DNA from: Octopus vulgaris
Taxonomy: Eukaryota
NCBI GenBank assembly: GCA_951406725.2
Contig: OX597816.1
Location: 37,572,001-37,636,000 of the forward strand
Reading direction: 5' to 3'
DNA: 64,000 nucleotides
Shown: piece by piece, positions 1-11,825 of the stretch
Layout: each line of letters starts with the position of its first letter
Numbering within the stretch: the stretch's first letter is position 1
Notes under the pieces: model-generated
Told to the model about the DNA's origin: nothing
The model's input: the letters and a program-made list of their open reading frames with translations, nothing else
Databases searched by the model: none
Made by a program: the position numbers and the translations under genes

Positions 1-955
1 CGCCTGTGCTTCTGATCTGGCGACAAGCGAGTTGTGGACCGGAGCGTTGTCCTGCAGGAGGAGGATGCCTTTGCTGATCTTGCCCCGACTCTTGATTTTG
101 ATAACTTCTCTTAATTTCCTCAAAAGTGAAGCATAATAGGCTCCTGCAATTGTGGTACCCTTTGCCAGGAAATCTGTTATCACTACTCTGTCCTGGTCCC
201 AGAAGACTGTGAGCATGACCTTGCCAGCGGAGGGCTGCACCCTTGCCTTCTTTGGAGGGGGTGAGTCACGGTGCTTCCACTGCATTGACTGGGCTTTGGT
301 CTCTGGATCATCGTGATGGACCCAGGTTTTATCCTGTGTAATCAGTCTTTTGAAAAATTTTGACTCATCTTCTTGGCACATCTCCAAATTCACCCTCGAG
401 CACTCGACGCGTTCTTGCTTCTGGAAAGGCGTGAGCAACCTGGGAATCCATCTGGCAGATACCTTTTGCATATGCAAATGGTCATGAATGATAGTTTCCA
501 CAGACCCGGTACTAATCTTGACCTCATGGGCTATTTGACGAATAGTTATGCGTCGATCTTCCAAAATGGCAGCCTCAACTTGACGGACAGATGCCTCATC
601 AATGGCAGAAGGGGGCGACCAGATCTGGGAGCTGTTTCCACAGAGTTCCGACCATGTTTGAATTCACGATGCCAGCGTTTTACAAGGTCATATGATGGGG
701 CATCATCACCATAAGTTACTTTCATTTCATCAAAAGTCTCCCGTGGTGTGCGTCCTTTCAAATACAAAAACCGGATCACTGCTCGACACTCAACAGGCTC
801 CATTTAACACTTGACTCGGTTCAAACACCTGTAAATCAGAAACCACATAATTTGCCACTTACTCTATAGAGATATAAATGATTGCATATGCAAAATTTCA
901 GCTAGATCAAACAACTGCAAGTGGGTCAGAGGCATTACTTATTGAACGTCCCTCG
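1..955 (-). mobile_element. Mariner DNA transposon, 5' part (frameshifted transposase; runs off the window start)
   Basis: The minus ORF 803-546 reads MEPVECRAVIRFLYLKG...VKRWHREFKHGRNSVETAPRSGRP (mariner HTH). Further along the minus strand are ITQDKTWVHHDDPETKAQSMQWKH and a LLQDNAPVH motif. A mariner-type terminus CGAGGGACGTTCAATAAGTAATGCC lies at 955-931, followed by TA. Confidence 0.9.
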
Positions 956-1007
956 TATAATTAACAAGTGTTTTGCCTGATTTAAATCCTACTAAAAAAA
1001 AGTGAAA

Positions 1008-1140
1008 GCATGTAGCATAATGGATAGGTTGTTCTGTTTCCGATCAAAAGGTCGTGGATTTCATTTCTAAACTGCGTTGTTTCCTTGTCCAAGTCACTTC
1101 ATTTCACGTTGCTCCAGTCTACAAACGTAAATGAGTACCC
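1008..1140 (+). mobile_element. Degenerate tRNA-derived SINE fragment (same family as 41762-42015)
   Basis: tRNA-like head, and the word ATTTCACGTTGCTCCAGT is shared with the 41762 copy. Confidence 0.6.
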
Positions 1141-3113
1141 ACAGGGTGTCAGTGCAGCTCTTTATCCCCACGATTTTCTCATCTTGGTTGTGTCGTTTGG
1201 TCAAGAGTGAAGGATGGGAGCGTAATTGTGTCCCTGTCTATTCGTGACCACATAGACACCTACAATAATTAGCGACAGCATGCTACATGTTACTAAACCG
1301 TACGCGTTCGCCGGTACGGTCTGATAACGTGTACCACACTTTCGCTAATTATTTTAAATTGATGATATGTTAGTAAGAAACCACTATCGTGCATTTTTCC
1401 ATAAATATGACAAGAGCCGTCTGTTATTTTCATCATTTTTTTAAAGTTGACAAGACGCTATCTAATGCTTATACCATAATTATTCATGGGGAATTGACAA
1501 AATTCATAATGTTTCATGAAATTGTATCTCATTTACCGTATCTCTATATGTTAATTATGATTTCTTTACATGAGACATAACTATATAATTCAAATCAGCG
1601 TGACCGTGGGATTGTGTGTGTCTCGTCTTTTATATATAAAAATGTATTGGCGTGTTGCATTGATAAAAATATATTCAGTTAATAGAAATATATTCTGCCG
1701 GAGAGGACGACCCGCAATCGTCGGTAAATTTTGATCCTTTCACCCGTACGATTTTCACTAAGAAAAAACTCGGATTTTTTTGCGTGGAATCAAGTACCCT
1801 GACCTCCTAATATACTGCAAATCCTTTATTTTGGTTCGGAAAAAAAGGAGTGGTGGGAAACCGGATCCCTCCCCCATATCCCTGAATCATTGGACTTTTT
1901 TTTTTTTCGTTGAATGAATTCCGAATGCTACAAAACCCTTTTTGGGGTCCGGAAAACGGGGTCGGGTGAGGTGGAAACCTCAAAAATTTTACCCACTCCC
2001 AACATTTTACAGAATTCATTTTCCAGAGTGTGAATTATAGGGTTTGTTATTAAATATAGAGAGAATGTGACAGTACGATGCTCTTCTAATTCAGCCATCC
2101 TTCTCTCCTTCCGCTTCTTAAAAAAATGTTCAACAATCATTTTCGTGCGAGAATGACTTGGAAGAATGTTCCCTGTTTTTCTTGATTGTTGTAGGAGCCA
2201 TTTTGAGTGCCAGAAGACAGACACCTTCTCGATTCACGCACCCTTGAACCTAACCTACGAACTTCGAGGATTTAGCAGCTGGAGAGAGGGGGGACTACTA
2301 GGTACTCAGCTAATAGTCATTACATCTAAGTAAAACAGAGTAACATGAAATGAAGTATCTTACTCAAAGCCACAACGGGTTGCCTGGTCCAGGAATTAGA
2401 TCCAAGATCTTATGATAATGAACCAAATAGCCCCCAAACCACTAGGCCACTAGCCATCACTTCTATTTCTAAACACTAAATAATTTCTATAAACTTAATA
2501 GCAACAGTCCTAACATATTCGCTAAGAAACTTTTGATGTGTGAAACTAGTTCAGCAATTTATTCTAAGATAAGTATGTTAAACTGTGTGATTTTCTATTA
2601 TTTTACCTTATTTGCTTTACATCAGCATTCTTCCTTATAGAAATTACATCTCAAACCATGAATGTAACCTGGAGATGATTGAAGAATGGCAATTATCACC
2701 AGTAGTTCTCTTATATGATTATTTCTATTCATTTTACTTCTACTATTTGACTACAAAGTACCTATTTGAACTCCAGTCCAGAAGCAGATTTTAAATATTA
2801 TTCAAAGTATATTAGAAATATTCAATGAAAACTTCGAGACTTTGACGATTAGTTAATTGCATAATAAAAATAATATAATTTGTTTCACTGTTCCTGCACT
2901 TGATTTAGATATTTGATTATAGAATTTTAATTCAATATTTATCAGTTCCCAAAAGAATCAATGTGTGTGATTTCTATCAAGAAACTGCTAACGGCTGCGC
3001 GGTGCCTGAAGACTCGAATAACATTTCAATGCAAATGTCGAACATTATTAAAATAGCTCTCGATGAATTTACTGCAGACGAGAAACCTCACGTTAAAACC
3101 GTTGCTCTTGAAA

Positions 3114-3423
3114 ATGCAATCGAGCGTAAATGGCTAAAGAGTGATTTTGCGTTTTCCGTGAAAATATGTTATAGATTTACAACCCATAATGAACCCATTG
3201 AATAATTGGGATTATAAACTTAGATAAACTTAGATATGTTTCGACCAAAGATTGGTCCAGGCCATGTCTAACTTAATAGCACCACCTGATTATGGATATA
3301 AACAATTATTATAGATTTCCCAATAAGATGTCAATACTTCATATATACATAAACACAAACACGCATAAGCATACATACATTAACACGCATACACGCACAT
3401 ACACACACGCGTTCACCCTAAAT
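3114..3423. repeat. Left arm of an inverted duplication (partner 4713-4948)
   Basis: The reverse complement matches 4713-4948 almost base for base, apart from an extra 74 bp insert at 3217-3290. Confidence 0.9.
3217..3290 (-). mobile_element. 74-bp 3' tail of the CR1-group LINE found at 44820-47270
   Basis: Reverse complement of ATCAGGTGGTGCTATTAAGTTAGACATGGCCTGGACCAATCTTTGGTCGAAACATATCTAAGTTT, including the ATCTAAGTTT terminal repeat. Confidence 0.9.
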
Positions 3424-3460
3424 TAGTTTGGGTCTAATCCGTACATTAACATTGATTTAA

Positions 3461-3681
3461 CCCTTTAGCATTTTAACCAGAAATAGTCTGTCCCAAATAT
3501 TTTACCTGTTTTATTTTCAAAACAGTCAGATCCGGTCTCTCACACCTACTGTACAATGTCATTCTGAAAATAAACAATCATATCATCCAAATCTCCAAGC
3601 TACGATATAAGATATGAATATTCAAAGACAATATGAATAAATAAGCATTATATTTGACTGAGTAATACGAAAATTAAGGAG
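3461..3681. mobile_element. piggyBac-type MITE (family also at 50177 and 52037)
   Basis: TTAA|CCCTTTAGCA left end and a degenerate right end followed by TTAA. The body is homologous to 50177-50920. Confidence 0.7.
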
Positions 3682-3703
3682 TTAAGTAACTAAAGTTAAC
3701 AGC

Positions 3704-4125
3704 TTATATATTTCTTTACTACCCACAAGGGGCTAAACATAGAGGGGACAAACAAGGACAGACAAAGGGAGTAAATCGATTACATCGACCCCAGTGCGAA
3801 ACTGGTACTTATTTAATCGACCCCGAAAGGATGAAAGGCAAAGTCGACCTCGGCGGAATTTGAACTCAGAACGTAACGGCAGACGAAATACCTATTTCTT
3901 TACTACCCACAAGGGGCTAAACATAGCGGGGACAAACAAGGATAGACAAACGGATTAAATCGATTACATCGACCCCAGTGCGAAACTGGTACTTATTTAA
4001 TCGACCCCGAAAGGATGAAAGGCAAAGTCGACCTCGGCGGAATTTGAACTCAGAACGTAACCGCAGACGAAATACTGCTAAGCATTTCGCCCAGCGCGCT
4101 AACGTTTCTGCCAGCTCACCGCCTT
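3704..4125 (-). mobile_element. tRNA-derived SINE (GGCGGCGAGCTGGCAGAA... family), head-to-tail dimer
   Basis: B-box GAGTTCAAATTCC and conserved central GCCTTTCATCCTTTCGGGGTCGAT. Two bodies lie inside a single 15-bp TSD ACTAAAGTTAACAGC (3689-3703 / 4126-4140). Confidence 0.9.
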
Positions 4126-4244
4126 ACTAAAGTTAACAGCATATAGGGAGAAAGTTTGGATTTGATGTGAATAAGATGTCTCTATTGCTGCTAATAAGCT
4201 GTACCCCAGTCCTAAATTCAGCTGACATTCAACATACACATTAT

Positions 4245-4455
4245 TGAAAACGAGAAAGAGTAAAGGAGGAAGATGGAGAGACAAACAGACAGACAGACAG
4301 ACAGATAGATAGAAAACCGTGAAGGGGAGTAAAAAGAATTAGAGAAAGGGAGAGAGAGATGGGGAACAGTAAAGGAAAGAGTCGCATCAAATATATTAAG
4401 ATAAAACTTACTTGGAAATGGATGCGTGGCGTTCAATCAAATAATAATATAAATT
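4245..4455 (-). mobile_element. 5'-end fragment of the permuted-hammerhead repeat family (no ribozyme in this fragment)
   Basis: ACTTACTTGGAAATGGATGCGTGGCGTTCA is shared with ~29022-29051 and ~11459-11485. A family 3'-end word GGGTACAGGAC occurs at 4965-4975. Confidence 0.6.
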
Positions 4456-4712
4456 ATATATATATATATATTTATGTATGTATGTATGTATGTATGTATG
4501 TATGTATGTATGTATGTATGTATGTATGTATATATATATATATATGCATATATACACCACACATATGTACATAAATACATAAATACAAGTTAAGGTATAT
4601 ATATATCCATATAAATCAATTGGAGCGCACATATGTATATCTATCTATAGATACAAACACATATGTGGGTATGTATGTATATAGGTATGCATATGTATGC
4701 ATATAGGTATGC

Positions 4713-4948
4713 ATTTAGGGTGAACGCGTGTGTGTATGTGCGTGTATGCGTGTTAATGTATGTATGCTTGTGCGTGTTTGTGTTTATGTATATATGAAGT
4801 ATTGACATCTGATTGGGAAATCTATAATAATTGTTTATATCCATATATAATCCCAATTATTCAATGAGTTCCTTATGGGTTGTAAATCTATAACATATTT
4901 TCACGGAAAACGCAAAATCTCTCTTTAGCCATTTACGCTCGATTGCAT
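4713..4948. repeat. Right arm of the inverted duplication, flanked by direct repeat TGCATATAGGTATGCAT
   Basis: Inverted copy of 3114-3423. The direct repeats lie at 4698-4714 and 4944-4960. Confidence 0.85.
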
Positions 4949-4975
4949 ATAGGTATGCATATATGGGTACAGGAC

Positions 4976-6670
4976 CCTCCGCAAATCCCAAATTTTATTC
5001 TGGTTCGCGGAAACAACTGCCTGCAAAGTCTTATCTGCTCTAAGAAAAATTAAACAGGAATGGTGGAATGATAGAGCAAAAGGAGCACAAGAAGCAGCTG
5101 ATAGAAATGGTGCCAAGGGTTTGTACTCTTATGATAAGGAGGTATGTGGCCCCAAATCTTCTTCAATACCTCCAGTGAGAACAGCAAATAGGCATTTGCT
5201 TTTGACTATCACCGCTTCTATTCACAAGCGCTGGGTAGAACATTTTTCTGCACTTTTGTATAGACCTACATCTGTTGACATGAGGGTGATAGAAAAAATC
5301 GAACAGCTTCCAGTTATAGAGGAGATGGCATTTGAACCAACTCTAAATAAATGACATTTATTTAGTTGTGAATAAGCTGAATAATAATAAGTCTCCAGGG
5401 TATGATGGAATCTGTGCAGAGGTCTTGAAATATGGGGATGATAAAGTGTTTGAACTTATAAATATATTAATTTGTCACTGTTGGAGAACTGAAGAAATCC
5501 CTCAAGACTGGATTGATGCCATTTTTGTCTCCTTATAAATCGAGGTCAAAGGATCTGTGTGGTAATTTTCGTGAGATTTTGCTTTTGTTTGTAGTTGAAA
5601 AGGTACTTGCCCGCATTTTGTTAGAACATTTAAATACCTTTATAGTTCCAAATATGGTATCTGAATCCCAATGTGGTTTTTGCTCCTCCAGAAGCGCAAT
5701 TGATTGTATCTTTACTATCCGACATTTTCAGGAAAAATGCATTAAACAGACTCTTTCCTTATACCATTATTTTGTTGATTTAAGCAAAGCATTTGATACT
5801 GTTAAACGAAATGCTCCGTGGCTAATTCTAAGGAAAATAGGTTGCCAGAAAAAATTGTAAACATGATCAGGGCTTTGCATCAAGATATGAAGGCTAGAGT
5901 TAATATTGGTGGTAAGTTCTCTGAATTTTTTAACCACGGAAAATGGAGTAAACTAAGGTGACCTTGATGCACCCAACTTTGCTGTTGTGCTGTCACACGC
6001 TTTTCAAAACTCCGAGGAGAGTATTTACATAAAATATTGGGTCAAACTCCAGTGTTTGACCCGAGCAAAAAAATAGTGCAATAGGTGTAAAATAACATGT
6101 AGTAAACGAATATGAAAAAAAATGCGCGCTGGCGAACGGGGTGGGCAGGGGTTGAAAAGGATTCGGAACATTCCCGATGTGAATTTTCCGAGTCCTTTCC
6201 CCCACCCGCCCCCCGTTCGCCCGTGCGCATTTTTTTTCATATTTGTTTACTACATGTTGTTTTACACCTGTTACACTATTTTTTTTTTCATTTTGTAACC
6301 GGGTGTGGTTACTAGGGTTAGTGGATCGTAGGGTTGCTGGATCGTGTGAATTATCCAAGTCCGCACACCACCCACACCCCGTCACAAAAAGTGGGGAAAA
6401 ATAGTATACTACATGTAAAATAATGTGTAGTAAACGAATATGAAGAAAAAAATTTTGCCGACGAACGGGGAAGTGGTGAGAGGACTCAGAACATTCCTGA
6501 TGTGAATTTTCCGAGTCCTCTCCCCCGCCCCCGTTCGCCAGCGCGCACTTTTTTCATATTTGTTTACTACATGCTGTTTTACACCTGTTGCACTTTTTTT
6601 TTTTTTTGCTTGGGTCAAAGACTGGAGTTTGACCAAATATCGAACAGCAAGGAATGTTTCTAATCTGCCA
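4976..6670 (+). mobile_element. Degenerate RTE-clade LINE fragment (RT region), interrupted by a MITE
   Basis: Motifs RWVEHFSALL, ESQCGF, FVDLSKAFDTV. The RTE motif YIKY|RTARNVSNL is split by the MITE at 6038-6635. Multiple stops and frameshifts. Confidence 0.85.
6038..6635. mobile_element. Foldback-like MITE with nested inverted repeats
   Basis: Termini GGTCAAACTCCAGT / ACTGGAGTTTGACC, AATAT duplicated at both flanks, and four ~90-bp subunits in alternating orientation. Confidence 0.85.
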
Positions 6671-6716
6671 CTTCAACATGGCTGCCTGTTCGAACGGACA
6701 GCCATGTTGAAGTGGC
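6667..6716. repeat. Near-perfect 50-bp palindrome
   Basis: GCCACTTCAACATGGCTG-CCTG-TTCGAA-CGGA-CAGCCATGTTGAAGTGGC. Confidence 0.9.
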
Positions 6717-6767
6717 TACAAATATTACTTTATATATATATATATATATATCCTACTGACAATTGTC

Positions 6768-6819
<52 letters not shown>

Positions 6820-6975
6820 ATACTCTATCTAGATAGTGTACTATAATTTGCATATGATAGTCGGCGATGTAATAAATAAATAATATATATTTATACCTGT
6901 ATATTTGTGTATGTCTCTATATATGCGTCTGTTTGCGTGTTTGTATGTGTATGTGTGTGTAATGTTTGTATATAC

Positions 6976-7040
<65 letters not shown>

Positions 7041-7277
7041 TATGTATGTATATATATATACATACCCACATATGTGTTTGTATCTATAGATAGATATACA
7101 TATGTGCGTTCCAATAGATTTATATGGATATATATATATATACCTTAACTTGTTCCATTAGTCAAAATATTTGCAAGGCACCAACAGACCTCAAGAGATA
7201 CATTAATGTCCATAGAACATGATTACCGCTTTATTTTATTGAACCCTCATTTGTCATTCACGACGAGAGAGTCCATC

Positions 7278-8440
<1,163 letters not shown>

Positions 8441-8486
8441 GTAGATAGATAGGTAGGCAGATAGATAGATGATAGATAGATAGATT

Positions 8487-8529
<43 letters not shown>

Positions 8530-8546
8530 TGATAGATTGATAGATT

Positions 8547-8593
<47 letters not shown>

Positions 8594-8594
<1 letters not shown>

Positions 8595-9613
8595 TGTTTC
8601 TTTACTAGCCACACAGGGCTGCACACATATAGAACAAATTACAAGGTAGAGCTTTTCTTTTGAAGGTTTAAAAAATAATAAAAAATAAAAAAATAAAATA
8701 AAAATAAAATAAAAAAGGGGGGTCGATCAAAAGGGATCGTAAAAGGAGAGAAAGAGGACAAAAAAGGGGGGTAAAAAAAAGGGGGAGAGGAAAAAATTGA
8801 TCAATAGGGATCGTTATCACAGAAATGTCAATATGAAGTGTAAAGGAGAGGACAGGTGAGGTTTACCCGTGGAAAGAAAAGCCTACGGAAAAGACCACGG
8901 TAACCTCGGTCAATGAAGTCACGTTATATTTCTTTTTTTTTTTTTTTTTTTTCAAATAAGCAACTCTCTGTATTAATTTTTACGGTTCATAGAATCATAG
9001 TCAAGGTGGCTTCGTCATTCATACGTGCCATCCTTGCCACATTCACCCATCTTTTTTTAAAACATTCACTAGACAAAACTTGCCTCTCTACTCTCACTTT
9101 TTTCTTCAAGTGATACTTGAAGAAGTTGATGAGAGATTGACCAGAGAGGAAAGTGTTTGTCTCTAATCCTTTCAGACGCGTCCACCAGATACATTCTTTC
9201 GCCATAGCCACAAGTATGATAAAAATAGCTCTTCCTTCCCGTTTGAAGGAAGGAGGCGTGACGATATTAACGATAGACTCGGCTGATAAACCGACACGTC
9301 CCACACGTGACAGCAGTCGTTCGACATAAGCCCACAGGTGGGAAATTGCTGGACACTGCACGATTGCGTGCAGAGCGGTTTCGTCGCTCTGCCCGCATCT
9401 CGGGCAGGTCGGCCCCGTCTTTCTCGAGCCATGCCTATAGAGCTTATCCCGAACGGGTAGCGCTTCTCGGTAGCACCGCCAGGCCAGGGATCTCTGGAAG
9501 TTGTCCATAGGTCCCGGGCCGAAAGTCGTTTGAAACAGGCGGGTCAGGTATTCCTCGTCGACGCCCAGGTTTGCCCCGAGCTCGTCGTCGTACCTCCCCT
9601 CCACTAATCCCCT

Positions 9614-9614
<1 letters not shown>
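8594..9614 (-). mobile_element. 5'-truncated Tx1/L1-group LINE inside (GATA)n, copy 2
   Basis: Near-identical to copy 1, with the same 5' breakpoint (CTAT)n-AGGGGATTAGTGG. Confidence 0.85.
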
Positions 9615-9693
<79 letters not shown>

Positions 9694-9694
9694 G

Positions 9695-9771
<77 letters not shown>

Positions 9772-9784
9772 GGATGGATGGATG

Positions 9785-9905
<121 letters not shown>

Positions 9906-9907
9906 GC

Positions 9908-9943
<36 letters not shown>

Positions 9944-9967
9944 TGATAGATTGATAGATTGATAGAT

Positions 9968-10023
<56 letters not shown>

Positions 10024-10641
10024 TGCATATATACATGCATGCACACATGTTTTTGTATCTATAGATATACCTGAGTGTTTATATGAATGTGTGTATGCTT
10101 GTGTGTATATGTATTTATATATATATATGTGTGTGTGTATATGTATGTATACATATACATACATACCCACACATACATAACACGCACATACACATGCGCG
10201 CGCGCGTCTGGCACTAGTTTGTATCGCTGTGCAATTTGTGAGGATTGTAGTTTAGTTTATAAATTTAGCGTTGTTTTGATGTCTCGTCGTAGATACAAAG
10301 CACTGGTCAAATTTACAGAACGGCTAAACCCATCTGTGTCGAATTCATATATTTGCGCGCGCGCGTGTGCTTTGTCGTAGAAGTTGTGTTTGAATAACTT
10401 TTTCTTGCACTACTTCATTAAAAGTTATATACCAAATTCAAAGCTATATACCAAAATTTATATATTTTTATATATGTATGTCTATATAAACATATAAATA
10501 TATACATGCATATATATATACGTATATATGTACATATATGATATATACAATATATATACATATGTATGCATATATACACTTATATATACATTTATATATA
10601 TATATATATATATAAGCATATATATGTATGTTTGTGTGTAT

Positions 10642-10687
<46 letters not shown>

Positions 10688-10893
10688 AATTAATAAATAA
10701 AACATATGCATATATACATACATATATGTACGTACCTACCTCTACATGTATATATACATACATATATGGGTACAGGACACCAAAAAACGTCTAACACAAT
10801 GAGAAACGAAAACATAAACACAAAACCAAGAACTGGACATTTTTCTTAAACAACGAAAAAATAGAGTACAGGACAAGTAACACAAGGAAAATT

Positions 10894-10955
10894 CCCCTTC
10901 TTCAGTCGCCATGGTTTTCATCTACTCTGCGTTTCGAAGGTGAAGGCGATACGCA
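10894..10955 (-). ncRNA. Non-circularly permuted hammerhead ribozyme candidate, copy 1
   Basis: UGCG-UA^-UCGCC-uuca-CCUUC-GAAA-CGCA-(17 nt)-GGCGA-CUGAAGA-A-GGGG. Stem I UCGCC/GGCGA, stem III UGCGU/ACGCA, stem II CUUC/GGGG. Confidence 0.75.
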
Positions 10956-11321
10956 TTTTCGATAGAAACTTTCCTTCCCGCGAAGAGCAAAATAAAATTT
11001 GAGATCTTTTTGCAGAGGGGTAAAAATAGTAACAAAAACAGGACAGTAACGACAGTAGAAAATATAAACACTAAAAGACAGGACAAGGAGAATAACAAGA
11101 TAAGAAGGGCAGTTAAGCCGAACGAGATAAAGTATACGAACGCTATTTTTGGGAACGGCGAAGGAGCAACAGAAAATGCCGTCTACACTTCAAGGAAACC
11201 AGGTCAGAAAGACAGTAGCAGAGCTCTCGTCGCGGGTCAACGACGGGAGGGAGGAGGAGGAGCAAGAGAAAGGGAGAGAAAAAAGGGAATGGTTGTGAGG
11301 AAACCAGAAAGAATGAAGAAT

Positions 11322-11353
<32 letters not shown>

Positions 11354-11703
11354 CAGACAGTAAGGTAGAAGAAAAGGAAACCAGAAAGAATGACGGCTGA
11401 GAAAGGGAGGGGACAGAAAGGTCAAGAATGCGCATCATTATTAATATCAAGAACAATCTTACTTAGAAATGGATGCGTGCGTTCCGTCATATAATAAATT
11501 AATAAATAAAACATATGCATATATGCATATATATATGTACGTACCTACCTCTATATGTATATATACATACATATATCGGTACAGGACACCAAAAAGACAT
11601 CGAAAACAATGAGAAACGAAAACATAAACACAAAACCAAGAACTGGACATTTTTCTTAAACAACGAAAAAATAGAGTACAGGACAAGTAACACAAGGAAA
11701 ATT

Positions 11704-11764
11704 CCTCTTCTTCAGTCGCCATGGTTTCATCTACTCTGCATTTCGAAGGTGAAGGTGATACGCG
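11704..11764 (-). ncRNA. Non-circularly permuted hammerhead ribozyme candidate, copy 2 (one mismatch each in stems I and III)
   Basis: CGCG-UA^-UCACC-uuca-CCUUC-GAAA-UGCA-(16 nt)-GGCGA-CUGAAGA-A-GAGG. Confidence 0.65.
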
Positions 11765-11825
11765 TCTTCGATAGAAACTTTCTCCTTCCCGCGAAAAGCA
11801 AAATAAAATTTGGGATATTTTTACA

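Larger units (their letters stand above)
10681..11825 (-). mobile_element. Non-coding ribozyme-bearing repeat (retrozyme/PLE pLTR-like): tandem array with ~810-bp period, second unit cut by the gypsy element
   Basis: The unit start TATAATAAATTAATAAATAAAACATATGCAT occurs at 10681 and 11490. One permuted hammerhead per unit. No credible ORF. Embedded in (TA)n. Confidence 0.75.

Noticed and set aside
3001-3101. CTGAAGA...GAAAC hammerhead-like words
   Set aside because: Stem I cannot form, so this is likely chance.
10886-10975. Reading copy 1 as a canonical type II hammerhead using the upstream GAAA at 10960-10957
   Set aside because: That GAAA is not conserved (GAAG in copies 2 and 3, absent in copy 4), whereas the internal GAAA and its co-varying stem III are present in all four.
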